DNA of 64,000 nt from Planktothrix sp. GU0601_MAG3. Its GTDB lineage: Bacteria > Cyanobacteriota > Cyanobacteriia > Cyanobacteriales > Microcoleaceae. The stretch lies in contig CP136572.1 of the NCBI GenBank assembly GCA_035193785.1, forward strand, positions 4,340,578-4,404,577, written 5' to 3'. Under the pieces are notes generated by a model. It had not been told where the DNA came from, searched no databases, and worked only from the letters and a program-made list of their open reading frames with translations. Both the position numbers and the translations under genes were made by a program. Shown here one piece after another: positions 1 through 11,681 of this stretch. Position 1 is the stretch's first letter; every line of letters starts with the position of its first letter.

Positions 1-1
1 C

Positions 2-571
2 CAATTATCGCCCATTACACCCTTAATTTTAAATCAAATTCCAGGGATTGAAAATACAGAAGCGCGATCGCAATTAGAAAATCTCTATAAAAAATTCCGA
101 TATTTATTCAAAACGCCTCTGGTCGAGAAAGCTACAAACGTTGATCAACTATTAGCTTCAGATTTTCTCAACGCCTTTGGAGGATTTTTTGATAGAAAAT
201 ATCGAGAACAGGATTTTATTTTAGGAAGACTTTGTGGTTTAACTTGGCTCCACTTGAATTTTGATTCTATTGATACCCAAAGTTCAATTTTAAGGTTAAA
301 TCAAATCTTTGATTCTGGTAAAATTCAATTTGATAATCCCAAGGTTAAAGACTTAAAAATTAGCTATAGAATCCGCTTAATTAGACTATTAGTTAGGGGA
401 TTAAGAATGATGACTTCCCAAACCCGAATAAAAAATAGTAGTAAAATTTTACTTGGGTTATTTCAAGTAATTTTACTGCCATTATTTATATTAATAGAAC
501 TTTTATTAACTTTGGTTTTAACGTTTACTGAAATGATCGAAATTTTCTGGGAAAAAATTAATCGAAAATAG
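2..571 (+). CDS. Patatin-like protein, C-terminal part (5' end outside window)
   Basis: Frame is open from the window edge and reads LASDFLNAFGGFFDRKYREQDFILGRLCG, resembling the C-terminal motif of patatin/DUF3376 proteins; hydrophobic tail. Confidence 0.6.
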   Translation, partial: QLSPITPLILNQIPGIENTEARSQLENLYKKFRYLFKTPLVEKATNVDQLLASDFLNAFGGFFDRKYREQDFILGRLCGLTWLHLNFDSIDTQSSILRLNQIFDSGKIQFDNPKVKDLKISYRIRLIRLLVRGLRMMTSQTRIKNSSKILLGLFQVILLPLFILIELLLTLVLTFTEMIEIFWEKINRK

Positions 572-599
572 AGGATAGATTGTGGATAGTAAACCTAGA

Positions 600-717
600 T
601 TAGATCCCCCTAAATCCCCCTTAAAAAGGGGGGCTTTGATCCCCTAAATCCCTGTTTTTAAGCAGGATTTTAATTCATGTATCCCCCTTTTTTTTTGGAG
701 GTTAGGGGGGATCTAAA
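600..717. repeat. MITE/REP-like cyanobacterial element with terminal inverted repeats
   Basis: TTAGATCCCCCTAA ... TTAGGGGGGATCTAA ends with an internal CCCCCTTAAAAAGGGGG hairpin; lies between convergent genes. Confidence 0.65.
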
Positions 718-729
718 ACTATAAAAAAA

Positions 730-2017
730 TCATCGGTCTAACTTATTGGGAATACCTTCGCACCCTCCCGGGATAGTTTTGCGAGATTTAGAACCGCACC
801 ATGCACAACAATAATAACGGTTTTCTTCCGATAAATTATCAGCCCCAGTAAAGTCAGCACTTTCCACCACAGCCCCGGTATATTCTCCCGTATCAAAATT
901 AGGAATTAATGTCCGACTGCGCGGAGAAGCTGTTTCTACAGGGCCATAAAATAGTTTAACAGAACGTAAATTTGTTCGGGATAAATTAGCTTCATACAAA
1001 ATAGAACGGACTAAATTAGCGCGGACTAAATTACATCCAGTTAAATTAGCTTTGACTAAATTAGTATCGGTTAAATCCGTGCGTCGTAGGTCAGTTTCCG
1101 ATAAATCTGCCCCCGCTAACATCGCCCCCAAATCAATCACCCGCACCCCATGGGCGCGATCTTCGGCATAATTACCATTACCATCTAACATCGGACGTCC
1201 CAGATGGCGATCGCGTTGTAAAGGAGTAATTAATCTAGCTTGGGATAAAAACCGCAGAATTTTGGCTTTTCCTTCGGCATCGACACTTTTAATAATAGCC
1301 GAGGTTCGCCCTTCTGCAATCACCCTTTCCTGGGGCCAATCTTCTAATAATCCCTGTTCTCCTAAAGCTAAATCAGAAACTCCTTGAAAATAAGCATCAA
1401 TGGTTTGTTGTTGAGTAATGCGGTTTTGTTGAATAGTTAAATCCCGGGAAATAATATATTGTCTCCAGGCTACATAAACGGCAATAATAGCAATTAAAAT
1501 TTGACCTAATGCTCCTCCTAAATCACCCAATGCGCCAATTGCATCCCAATTAATAGTAATATTACTAACTTCATTTGCAGTATTTGCATTACTAAAAATA
1601 ACTAAGCCAATTAAGGAGCCTAAAATCCCAATACAAGCAACAATTAAATTGCGCCAACTCGGGGGAATTAATGTTTTCCAAGTTTTTCCCCAATCCGACC
1701 AGACTAACCGCAGAGAAACGGCTAATGTGGCGAAGGCACTGACATATCCTAATCCGATATTATCAATTCCCAATCCCAAAATCATCAATGCCATCGTCGA
1801 TAAAACCACCACCGAAACCCGATACCTGATTGGGTCGATTGTCCAAAGTCGGGTTTTCAGTTTCGATTTCCCAAGATTCCCCGGAGGCGGGTTGGATCGC
1901 CTGCGTCGAGGTTTCCACTTCTGAGGGCTCAAGAGCAGGTTTAGGCGCCGCACCATTGAGGGTTTCGGAGGTATCCTCCAGTCCTTGAGATGGGGATGAA
2001 TTTGGCTCTGTTGTCAT
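730..2017 (-). CDS. Membrane-anchored pentapeptide repeat protein (apparent frameshift in the 5' part)
   Basis: TM helices followed by A(D/N)LXX repeats; ORF 1763..2017 probably supplies the N-terminus. Confidence 0.8.
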
Positions 2018-2247
2018 CAGTTAACCTCTGTTGTGTTCGTACTTACAATTATTTTAATTAAAATTATCCTGATTTTAACTAAATCAGTCTTAACATTAGA
2101 TCAAGCTTCTAAGGTATGATTTTTTTAGATGCTAATATTTCTGGTAAGAGTGCATGATGTCCGCAATTTTAAATATACAGGTATTGATTATATATAGCAA
2201 TCTTTACTCCCAACTTCAAAAAAGGTATTTGTAGGAGCGATCAACTC

Positions 2248-3655
2248 ATGCTGGAAAAACTGAAATTATTAAAACTTTTGAATGCTCGTCTATCTCGAAC
2301 CATCACAATCTGGGTATTTTTGAGTTTAGTGATTATCGAAGTTTTAATTTTAATTCCTTCAGTATATCAATATCAGCAACAACTTTTAAGACAACTTCCG
2401 GCAATATCTTCTAGTAAAATTGCTTGGATAATTGAAACCTATCCCTATAGTTCTAATCCTGAACTCTTAAAACAGTTGAGTCATTTACATCATTTGAATC
2501 CAGATATTTTGGGCGGAGCAGTTTACCGAAATAACGGGGAATTAATTGGTCAATTTGGTGAGCCACCTGCTTTAACATTTTCCCAAGCAATACGGCAGAA
2601 AACATTATATTTGCGTCAAAAAAATGGCGATCGCTATGATGTTGTTTGTGATGTTAATCCCGTGAACAATAAATATGTGATTATTATTCGCCATGATGCT
2701 TCTGATATTCCGAAAAAAACCTATGCTTATATTTTAAGAATTGCCGGCTTAGTGTTAATCATTGCTTTTTTTGTAACATCAACCACCTTATTTATCTTAG
2801 GAAAAAATGTGATTCTGCCAATTTTAAAACTACGTTTGGATTTAATTGAAGCTGGAAAAGCAATTGTTGATAACAAACCCGTACCAAAATTTTATTCAAA
2901 GTTAATCCAAAGAAATGACGAATTAGGTGATGTAATTGCGACATTTCAAACCATGTTTGAAAAAATTTATCAAGCCACCCTAGAGAGGAATCAAGCCGAA
3001 GCCGATCTGCGATCGGAAAAGGATAAATCCGAGAAATTATTACTGAATATTTTACCCTTAGCGATCGCCGAAAAACTGAAAAAAAATCAAGGATGTATTG
3101 CCGAGAGATTTGAAGAAACCACGATTTTATTTGCAGATTTAACTGATTTTACCGGACTATCTTCTCGCAGTTTCTCCCACGCAAATCGTCACTTTTCTGA
3201 ATGAAATTTTTTCTGAATTTGATCGACTTGCAGATAAATATAAATTAGAAAAAATTAAAACCATTGGAGATGCTTATATGGTGGTTGGGGGGATTCCTAT
3301 TTCTAAACCAAATCATGCCCAAGCGATCGCAGAAATGGCTTTAGAAATGCAACAAATTATTAAAAAATTTCGCTATAGTGATAATCAATTGTTAAATCTT
3401 AGAATTGGCATCAATACAGGGCCAGTAGTTGCTGGAGTGATCGGATTGAAAAAATTCAGTTACGATTTATGGGGAGATGCTGTTAATATTGCCTCCCGCA
3501 TGGAATCTCAAGGTATACCCGGACAAATTCAAGTTACTCAAACTACCTATGAAAAAATTAAAGATAGTTACTTACTGGAAGAAAGAGGTATGATTTTAAT
3601 CAAAGGTAAAGGCGAAATGCGAACCTATTGGTTAACAGGGAAACAAGAGATATAG
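2248..3655 (+). CDS. Class III adenylate/guanylate cyclase with TM sensor and HAMP domain (frameshift ~3170)
   Basis: HAMP-like RNDELGDV, then LLLNILP, TILFADL, KIKTIGDAYMVVGG, RIGINTGPVVAGVIG and YDLWGDAVNIASRMES. Confidence 0.92.
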
Positions 3656-3715
3656 CCCCTACCTATCAGCGCAGTTATCGCAACGACAAACCCTATTCTG
3701 ATTGTTACTTTATCT

Positions 3716-5189
3716 ATGACCTTTATTTCAGTTACCTACGGAATATTTTTATTGATTTTATTAGGGTTATATTGGATTATTCCTGGGAAATCTTGGCGGC
3801 TTTTTATCCTATTAATCTCAAGTTTGCTTTTCTATTCCACCCTACAAATTCAATATATCCCCTTACTCCTACTTTGGACAATCTTTAACTTTGGTTTAGC
3901 CTTAACCATTGTCGAACCTCAAGAATGGGAAATCCCCCATATTTCTTGGAATCGTCGTCGGGCTTTTTTACTAACATTAGGAATTGTCATTAATATCCTA
4001 ATTCTAGTTGGGTTCAAATATTTACCTTTTATTTTCAATACCCTGGGAACAGTTTGGAATATTCCTGTTATTATTAATACTGGAAGTTGGATCGATCAAT
4101 ATGTTATTGCCCCGTTGGGATTAAGTTTTTTCTGCTTTGAATTAATTGCTTATTTAGTCGATGTTTATCGAGGCGCACCCGCGGCAACTTCCCTATTAGA
4201 ATTTACCGCCTATAAATTATTTTTTGCCAAACTAATATCTGGGCCTATTACCCGTTATCATCACCTAAATAATCAGTTTAAAACCCTAAAATTTCCCATC
4301 CCCGAACAAATTGCAGATGGACTTTGGTTACTAGCTAGGGGGGCAATCAAAAAAGGGCTTTTTGCCGATAATATTGGAATTTTAGTAGATTTAAGTTTCA
4401 GTAATTTACAACGGGCTGGAAGTGGGGATTTATGGTTAGCAATTTTCGCCTATGGGTTGCAATTATATCTGGATTTTAGCGGTTATGTAGACCTAGCCAG
4501 GGGAACCGCATTACTCCTAGGATTAACTTTACCGATTAACTTTGATGCCCCCTATTTTAGCACCAGTATCGGAGATTTTTGGCGTCGTTGGCATATTACA
4601 TTAGGGGATTGGTTACGCAATTATTTATATTTTCCCCTGGGCGGTTTCTCGGGCGGGATTGTTTCGCACCTGTTTGAATTTAATTCTAGTTATGTTAATC
4701 GCAGGAATTTGGCACGGCGCCGCCTGGGGATTTATTATTTGGGGGGGATTACATGGGTTAGCATTAGTAGTTAATCGTCTCACCGAAGCAATATCTAAGC
4801 AATTATCAATCACTTGGATTTGGAACAGTTTACCCGGAATTTTAATCGCTTGGTTAATGACTCAATTGATGGTATTTACGACTTGGATTTTTTTCCGACT
4901 CCCTAATTTACAAGATTCTTGGTTAGTCATCAATCGGTTATGGGGTCATACCGCCGATGTTCAGTTTGCCCATAAAGTTTATGTTGAAGCCTTGGGTTTA
5001 GAAAGACAGCATTTGGTAATTTTATTATCCTCTGTTTTTGGATTAATGGCGATCACCACTTTATTCAATCGAGGGTTAAAATTAGAATTAAATTGGACAA
5101 TAAAATTAGCCTTGGTTCCCTTGAGTTTCTTCACCGTTTGGTTACTAGCACCCGAAGGGGGTTTACCCTATATTTATTTTGATTTTTAA
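3716..5189 (+). CDS. MBOAT family O-acyltransferase, AlgI/DltB-like (frameshift ~4645)
   Basis: PLGLSFF, SGPI, YLDFSGY, FWRRWHITL, YLYFPLGG and GIWHGA motifs. Confidence 0.92.
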
Positions 5190-5235
5190 GGAGATAAAAT
5201 CAAAATAAATTAAGCGAAGTCTAACCTATTTTTAC

Positions 5236-6559
5236 TTAGGTTTGGGGTTGACTTAAACGCCGATAAACCGTGGCTAACCCCTTAGCATCTCCCACATTTC
5301 CAGGGAATAAAACAACAGGTAAATTAGGATAGAGGGGATGACTAGATGATGTTTTAACCATTGAACAACCTGCTAATACTTGACCTAATAATCTAGCGGT
5401 TTTTAATGATAATCCTTTACTCAAAACATCATTAGAAGTAATCCCTCCTTTACTAATTAAAAATCCAATATCCGGGGGTAAACCTCTGACAATATCCATC
5501 AGCAGGTCTGAAACTTTAGTCCCAAAGGCTAACCGAATTTCTACCGTATCAAATTGTAATTCTTGACGACTGGTATAAATAACCGGGGTTTGACCTGCAT
5601 TATGAATATCATAAATTTGGTCTAAAATCTGTTGTAATAGTTCCTGTCTTTGAGTCTCACTTTCTTCTAATAAATGGGAAACATCTACCTCAATTCCAAC
5701 TATTCCAGGTTCTTGCAATAACTGTTCTAATTGTTGGGTAGATTTTTTAACATGGGAACCCATAATCACCGCACCTGGCTTACCATTTCGGGTATATTTT
5801 GCCATTTCTTCGGCGGGAATCGGTTGATTTCCTAAAGCAGCTAAAGAGGTTAAAATACTCGCCGCACTGCGGAATAAAAAGCGTTTTCCCTGACTAGCTG
5901 CGGTAATAATATCCGAGGCTAATTGATCAAAATCTCCTTGGGTTTCCCCATCGACCACCACACATTGATTCCCCGTTAAACCCATTAATCGAGGTAAAGT
6001 TCCCAGTCGAATATCCGATAACAAAAATTGTTCTACTTTTTCCGAAGGAATCAAACCTTTTGTTTTTTCGGTGACATAATCGGGTAAATAACTATGTTGA
6101 TAAGCAAAAACAGAATCCTTCGCAAATTCGGTTAAATGAACCGGGGTTTCTACACCATCAATAATTAAATAATGAATACTATCGCGGGTAATTCTTCCGC
6201 CTTCAAAAAAAGCTGGAACTAGAAAATGGGCATCAAAGGGGCCAAGTTCCTCCGCAATCACATCGGTTTCTACGGGATAATGACCTCGCAGGGTAGAATC
6301 GGAACGACTGACCACCAGAAAGTCGGTGATGGACTCGCTGGCGAGGGCTAGTTTCAGATTTTGGGTGACTTCACGGGTGACCGCGGCGGCTTGGTCTGGG
6401 GTTAGGGCTCTGGTATTGGTCAGAATAAAGAAAATCGGAGATTGGTCAGCCAGTCCAATTCGCAGGGTATCGACGTCCCACTGGGTCAGAAGTAAGCAAC
6501 TATGGACGGTTTGAGAAACCTGTGGGGTCATCATCGAGAACAATAATTTTAGGTCGCAT
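5236..6559 (-). CDS. Four-carbon acid sugar kinase family protein, DUF1537/OtnK-like (frameshift ~6518)
   Basis: N-terminal MRPKIIVLDDDPTG joins SQTVH; RSDSTLRGH, KGGITS and FPGNVG motifs. Confidence 0.88.
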
Positions 6560-6625
6560 TGGTGTTTTGCTCAAAATGTATTGGGGTTATGGGAGGGTTT
6601 TCACCGGATAAAAAAAGCCTAGCAC

Positions 6626-7273
6626 TTAATGGGAATTTTGTTGCTCCTGAAGTTGTTTTAACAGTTGATGAACTTCCGAGGCTATTTCAAAGGCTTGATA
6701 TAGGAGTCTTCCTGATTCTGTTGTTGGTTTTTCCGTTTGTAATACGGTTAGGGCGGTGAAGTTTAGCTCAAAAAGTTCTGGGTTTTTCTCAATAAATTTT
6801 TTATGTTTTTTTAAGATTCGTTCTATTTTTAATCCTCTAATTAATTCTATTCTAATTAATTTTAAGGCTTGAATAATAGCATCTTGGTTATCTAATTTTG
6901 CCTGGGGATGTTCCGTGGCTTCAAGTTCATTATAAATGCTTAAGGCTTTAACAATAGTATTATAACGATCAACTTGATTAAAGAGTTTAACACATTGGGG
7001 ACGGTTTAAGGTTAGCCAAATTTTAATGATATCCTCAAGGACTAATAGAATGATCAGAATTAAGTAAATTACAATAAAAATTAAGGCGAGTTCTGGAAAA
7101 ATCAAACTCCAAATCCAATAACTAATTAATAGTAATCCTGTAATAACTAAGGTTTTTAATCCTTCCCCAATAAATTTTTTAGCCGTCCCTGGTCGATACA
7201 GCAAATTTTTGTTAATCCCACTCCAATGTTTGAGTTCTCCTGGAGTAATTTCTAATCCATCTGAATCAGTCAT
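6626..7273 (-). CDS. Hypothetical protein with two TM helices
   Basis: 215-aa ORF with two hydrophobic segments and host-like composition. Confidence 0.7.
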   Translation of the reverse strand: MTDSDGLEITPGELKHWSGINKNLLYRPGTAKKFIGEGLKTLVITGLLLISYWIWSLIFPELALIFIVIYLILIILLVLEDIIKIWLTLNRPQCVKLFNQVDRYNTIVKALSIYNELEATEHPQAKLDNQDAIIQALKLIRIELIRGLKIERILKKHKKFIEKNPELFELNFTALTVLQTEKPTTESGRLLYQAFEIASEVHQLLKQLQEQQNSH

Positions 7274-7288
7274 CAGTTATCAGTTAAA

Positions 7289-7386
7289 GGGAACAGGGAA
7301 CAGGGAACAGGGAACAGGGAACAGGGAACAGGGAACAGGGAACAGGGAATAGGGAATAGGGAATAGGGAATAGGGAATAGGGAATG
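7289..7386 (+). repeat. STRR heptamer tract (GGGAACA)8(GGGAATA)5
   Basis: Direct reading of tandem heptamers. Confidence 0.95.
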
Positions 7387-7443
7387 GCGGGTTTTTTTAG
7401 ATCTTTGTGAATCACTTAAATCTCGATGACCCCCTACAAATTA

Positions 7444-7506
7444 TAACTGATAACTGATAACTGATAACTGATAACTGATAACTGATAACTGATAACTGAT
7501 AACTGA
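7444..7506 (+). repeat. STRR heptamer tract (TAACTGA)9
   Basis: Direct reading of tandem heptamers. Confidence 0.95.
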
Positions 7507-7516
7507 ATAACTGTTT

Positions 7517-8128
7517 TTACTGGTTTTTAAATTTTTGTGCAGCGACTGGCATGAGTTTTTGTACTGAATTATTAGTATTTATCGCTTTTTGATAAGCCCA
7601 TTCTGGACAAGCAGGTAGGTTCTTTTTACTTTCACTATAAGTAAAATTAAGCTGAGTTAAATCATTAAATTCTTCTTGAATAGAGCGGGGTTCTAATCGA
7701 CATTTGAGAATAAAAGAATCATATTGATCCGCCATTTGTTCATAAACCCGAGAGGCATTCAAATGATTATTAGCTCTCCCATTAGGATCTAAAAAAGTCA
7801 ATAGAGGGGCGAGAATTGCCACTAAAACCGCAATCACTACGGAGAATAATTGATACTCTCCCCCTAAACTATTAATAGCTTGTACACTAGCAACGGCAGC
7901 TAAAATTGTACTGGGAATCCCGATATAAAGATGGGCGGTTGACCAACGAATTGAAACATCAATATGGGCTTGACTCAACACCCGACAAAGAATTTTTCGC
8001 TCAATGGCACGATCAGTTATATCTTGCTGAACAATATAAGGGATAGGCCTATTTAAACTATCCTCCGAACCAGTGGAGGGAGTCATGGGTTGATCAATAC
8101 TATTATCAGGACTACTGGATGCACTCAT
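7517..8128 (-). CDS. SLATT domain two-TM protein
   Basis: AH...W...HLYIGIPSTILAAV, second TM, LTFLDP..RA..H..A..Y and C-terminal P..P..AYQKA pattern typical of SLATT. Confidence 0.7.
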   Translation of the reverse strand: MSASSSPDNSIDQPMTPSTGSEDSLNRPIPYIVQQDITDRAIERKILCRVLSQAHIDVSIRWSTAHLYIGIPSTILAAVASVQAINSLGGEYQLFSVVIAVLVAILAPLLTFLDPNGRANNHLNASRVYEQMADQYDSFILKCRLEPRSIQEEFNDLTQLNFTYSESKKNLPACPEWAYQKAINTNNSVQKLMPVAAQKFKNQ

Positions 8129-8211
8129 GGTTTTTTATAGCGGGGAATAGGGAATAGGGAATAGGGAATGGGTAATGGGTAATGGGGAATGGGTGAGAAA
8201 GAACGATTCTA

Positions 8212-9609
8212 TCAAATTAAGTTCAATTCTTGATCCGGGATTGCCACCTGTACCCAAACTATAAAAGTCGTTCCCGGGGGAGTATTATCAGTACCAACCC
8301 TATCCTCGGATACCCAAGCCGGATGGACGGGAGAGAAGACTTGAATTTCTCCTTGCATCTGTTTTATCAAAGCTTTAGCGATTACTAACCCTAAACCCGT
8401 TCCCGGAATTTCAGAATGCCCCTGAACACCGCGATAGTGACGTTCAAACAGATGTTCTAAATCCTCGGGAGGAATTCCTGGCCCAGTATCACTAATACCA
8501 ATACCAACTTGAGATTCTAGGGTTATTCCCCCGACGGAGGAAGGAGAGGCCAGTTGAACTCGAATATACAGTTTTCCGCCAGCAGGAGTATATTTTAAGG
8601 CATTATCGAGGAGATTACTCAGGACTTCCCGCAGAGCCTTAGCATTCCCTTGGATGGGGGGCAGGTTTTCGGGGAGATCAACTTCACATTCTAATTGTCG
8701 TTCCTGGGCGATCGCCTGAGCCGATACAATTAAAGGGGATAATACCTCCGACAATACTAGGGGTTCAAGTTGATCACAAGCGGGTAATAAGGGTAGGGCA
8801 GGCGTCGGGAATAGGGAAGCTTGGGCCGTGGATCTGGCAAATTCCACCGTAAGTGGCAAACTTAAGGGGGTTTCGGTCTGTTCTAAGGTTTCATCCGCCT
8901 GTGCTAATAATTCTTGAATCCGATCGCTCTCGCGTAAAATACCAACGGCAATAGGATAATTTTTATCTTCAGGTAGCAGTCGCTTCAATAATAATTTACC
9001 AAAGGTACGAACAGCCGTTAGAGGGCTTTTGAGTTGATGGAATATATTATGCAGTGTCTCAGCCTGTTGCCCTTGTAAGTGTTGTTGTCGGTCTAGTTGT
9101 TGCCGGAACCATTGGGCGCGTTGATCTAAAATACAGCCTAGGGCTAAGGTATGGGCAATCCCTTGTAGTTGAGTATATTCCTCCGGGCTCCAGGGTCGGT
9201 CATTGCGTCCAGTAACTAAAAATCCCAAGACCACATCCTCTTGAATTAAGGCTAAAACCTCTTGACTCCGTTGTTGCCAAGGAGCTTCTGCCTCCACCTC
9301 CGTTTCCGAAAAATCATCAATTTCTATCGCAGGCATTAAAACTTTTGTCTTCCCGGTGACTTCCGTGGTTAATAGCATCGGTGATGTAGAGGCGAGGGTT
9401 TCAGGCAAACCCATCAAACAGGGAATATCCAAATCATTCGGGGACGTTTCAGGATAGGTGGCAATCGGAATCAATTTCTTATGTTCCTCATCTACCCACG
9501 CCTCCGCTAAATAGACTACACTCAAGGAAGCACCCAAACTCGCCGTTAACGACAGTTGGGTGCGACACAGTTGGACAAATTCAGCACTGGCTGTGAGCAT
9601 AGAATTCAA
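8212..9609 (-). CDS. GAF-domain sensor histidine kinase
   Basis: H-box HQLKSPLT, N-box NLLDNALKYT, G boxes DTGPGI and GTGLGL. Confidence 0.93.
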   Translation of the reverse strand: MNSMLTASAEFVQLCRTQLSLTASLGASLSVVYLAEAWVDEEHKKLIPIATYPETSPNDLDIPCLMGLPETLASTSPMLLTTEVTGKTKVLMPAIEIDDFSETEVEAEAPWQQRSQEVLALIQEDVVLGFLVTGRNDRPWSPEEYTQLQGIAHTLALGCILDQRAQWFRQQLDRQQHLQGQQAETLHNIFHQLKSPLTAVRTFGKLLLKRLLPEDKNYPIAVGILRESDRIQELLAQADETLEQTETPLSLPLTVEFARSTAQASLFPTPALPLLPACDQLEPLVLSEVLSPLIVSAQAIAQERQLECEVDLPENLPPIQGNAKALREVLSNLLDNALKYTPAGGKLYIRVQLASPSSVGGITLESQVGIGISDTGPGIPPEDLEHLFERHYRGVQGHSEIPGTGLGLVIAKALIKQMQGEIQVFSPVHPAWVSEDRVGTDNTPPGTTFIVWVQVAIPDQELNLI

Positions 9610-9629
9610 CGGGCAAATCCTTAATGGGC

Positions 9630-9712
9630 AATTACGAATTACGAATTACGAATTACGAATGGGTAATAGCAAAAGTTTACCTCCCCTCCTCCCCCTGCCT
9701 CCGATCCCCTTC
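9630..9712 (-). repeat. Composite STRR element (AATTACG tract, conserved core, G-rich tract)
   Basis: (AATTACG)4 followed by the reverse complement of the GGGGAGGTAAACTYTTKCTATTRCCCATT core also seen at 24100 and 28879. Confidence 0.8.
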
Positions 9713-9831
9713 CTTATCAATTTGTGTCAATCTATTAAAACAGCTTGATATTTTGAACTAGAACAGATATAATTCTCTCGGATTTTGTAGCTATATTTAC
9801 AACCCGCCTGCTTAAAAAGGAGGTCAACAAG

Positions 9832-10155
9832 TTGGCTAGAAGACGTAAGCGTAAAAGCCGTCGCAGACAAGAAGGACGTAGGATTTTAGAATGTGTGCCT
9901 CAATATAGCATCTCAAGTGGCGAAGATAAACCCGTAACGGCCGCTCGTAAGTTTATCCATGCTGAAGGAATTATCCCTCCGGCTTTGCTTCTTGTAAAAC
10001 GAAATGAGCATACCACGGATCGATACTTCTGGGCCGAAAAGGGTCTATTTGGAGCCCAGTACGTTGAGGAGAATCACTTTTTATTCCCCAGTTTAAAACT
10101 GCTTGTGGAGAAGGCCACATTGGTTTCCTCTGCTGCCCCAGCTAAGGGGGTTTGA
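9832..10155 (+). CDS. DUF3155 family conserved cyanobacterial protein
   Basis: MARRRKRKSRRRQEGRRILE...RNEHTTDRYFWAEKGLFGAQY; AGGAGG RBS before the TTG start. Confidence 0.85.
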   Translation: MARRRKRKSRRRQEGRRILECVPQYSISSGEDKPVTAARKFIHAEGIIPPALLLVKRNEHTTDRYFWAEKGLFGAQYVEENHFLFPSLKLLVEKATLVSSAAPAKGV

Positions 10156-10506
10156 AGTCGAGATGTTGTCCGCAACATCCCATCCTCTTAGTGAAAGGGT
10201 TTGATATCCAGAATTTTTCTTGAGCCGTGACACCTGATGAGAGCCATGATTAATATGAGCTTCACTCCTTAACTCTGATAAGGCAGGCGCGAGGGAAAAA
10301 AATTAGTCCGTTGATTTTGGGTGCTGGTTGGGATGAATTTCTCTCAATTCTTGCTGGCAAGGAGGAATTACTCCCAACCCCAGTGCCACGAATCAAAATT
10401 GTTCTAATTCTAATTGTGGCAATTATATCCTGAATCAAGATTCAAGACCGTTGGCATTGTCGTCATGTTTGCGGTTTTGAACCCGGTGGGGATGTCGGTA
10501 AATGAA

Positions 10507-11043
10507 TCAAAACGATTCCCAAGGTTTGAGGTGGAGGGCTTGTTTGAGCGTTGCCAGTTCGTCTCGGTGGGCGGTTACGGTGATCAAACTTTGAGTTTGT
10601 TGGCCCTGATCAATGACGGCATCCAGCTTGAGACAGACCTGTTCTGGACGCGCGGAGCCTTTCCAGTAGAACCAACCGGCCAGGGGCGAAAGCAGCACCA
10701 GTCCCCAAAACGGTTTGCCTAGGTTGGGCATGGCCGTCGATAGGACTAACCCCAAACATAACAGTCCCACGGCTGTTAATAGGGTGAGGAAGACGGCTAG
10801 GAATCGACTGGGGCGGACTAACCCCTCAAAGGTGATTTGATTGGCTTCCCGATTTAACGCCGTAATCCGATAGGCTCGGGATGCGAAGTGCTGCTGAATT
10901 TGTGTGAGCAAGGAGTCTGCTTCCTGTTCGGCAATCAGTTTTTCCTGTTCTATCCGATCTTTAGTTGAGGCTCGAACAAAAAAGAATAGGCCAATAACCA
11001 TTAACAGGGTCAACACAAAAGTGGAAGGGATTACGGGAGTCAT
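10507..11043 (-). CDS. ccb1: Cofactor assembly of complex C subunit B (CCB1/DUF3529)
   Basis: STFVLTLLMVIGLFFFVRASTKDR, FEGLVRPS, FYWKG and AHRDEL motifs. Confidence 0.85.
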   Translation of the reverse strand: MTPVIPSTFVLTLLMVIGLFFFVRASTKDRIEQEKLIAEQEADSLLTQIQQHFASRAYRITALNREANQITFEGLVRPSRFLAVFLTLLTAVGLLCLGLVLSTAMPNLGKPFWGLVLLSPLAGWFYWKGSARPEQVCLKLDAVIDQGQQTQSLITVTAHRDELATLKQALHLKPWESF

Positions 11044-11072
11044 AGGAAATGAGTTCGGTCTAGTTTTAAGGA

Positions 11073-11436
11073 TTATGGATTGATTTGTAGTTTACCTTGG
11101 CTGGAGGTGTATTTGTACCAAAGTCCGGCTAACTCTTGGGCTTGTGGTTGATATTCCGGCAGAATTTGATACATTCGGCGAGGGCGTCCCCGACCTTCCA
11201 GCTTTTGCCAATATCCGGTAATTGTTTCTTGTTTTTCCAAAAACTTGAGGGCGCTATAAAGAACCGTATCGGACAATCTATAGTTAGAATGTTCCTGCTC
11301 CAGTTGTTCAATCAGTTCAGTTCCATAGGAGTCCCTTTGGAGAAATACAGATAGGATATAGCAAACCGCTAGTTCCTTATTGAGATAGATAGGTGGCGGT
11401 TTCTTGGAAAAATTGATAGATTTCTTCAAAGGTCAT
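11073..11436 (-). CDS. pex: PadR-family regulator, period extender Pex (indel near 5' end)
   Basis: MTFEEIYQFFQ joins PPPIYLNKELAVCY; SYGTELI, YRLSDTVLYSAL and GRGRPRRMY. Confidence 0.85.
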
Positions 11437-11681
11437 AGAATTTTCCCCTTTGCTTGAATGATCGGCAGTTTTCCGGTCGGGCGATTCTCCGTATTCTTGC
11501 TTTCTGTTAATTAACCCTCTCCTCCATTAATAGCAGCATTGATCAATTATTGCTGCATCCCAATTAGCTAAATCATCGCTCAAAAGTTAAGTTAATGGTG
11601 AGGATTAGGCAATGGGCAATGGGCAATGGTAAAGTATTAGGTCATTTTTACAGTTATTTACTTAGATTTAACTCCCAACTG

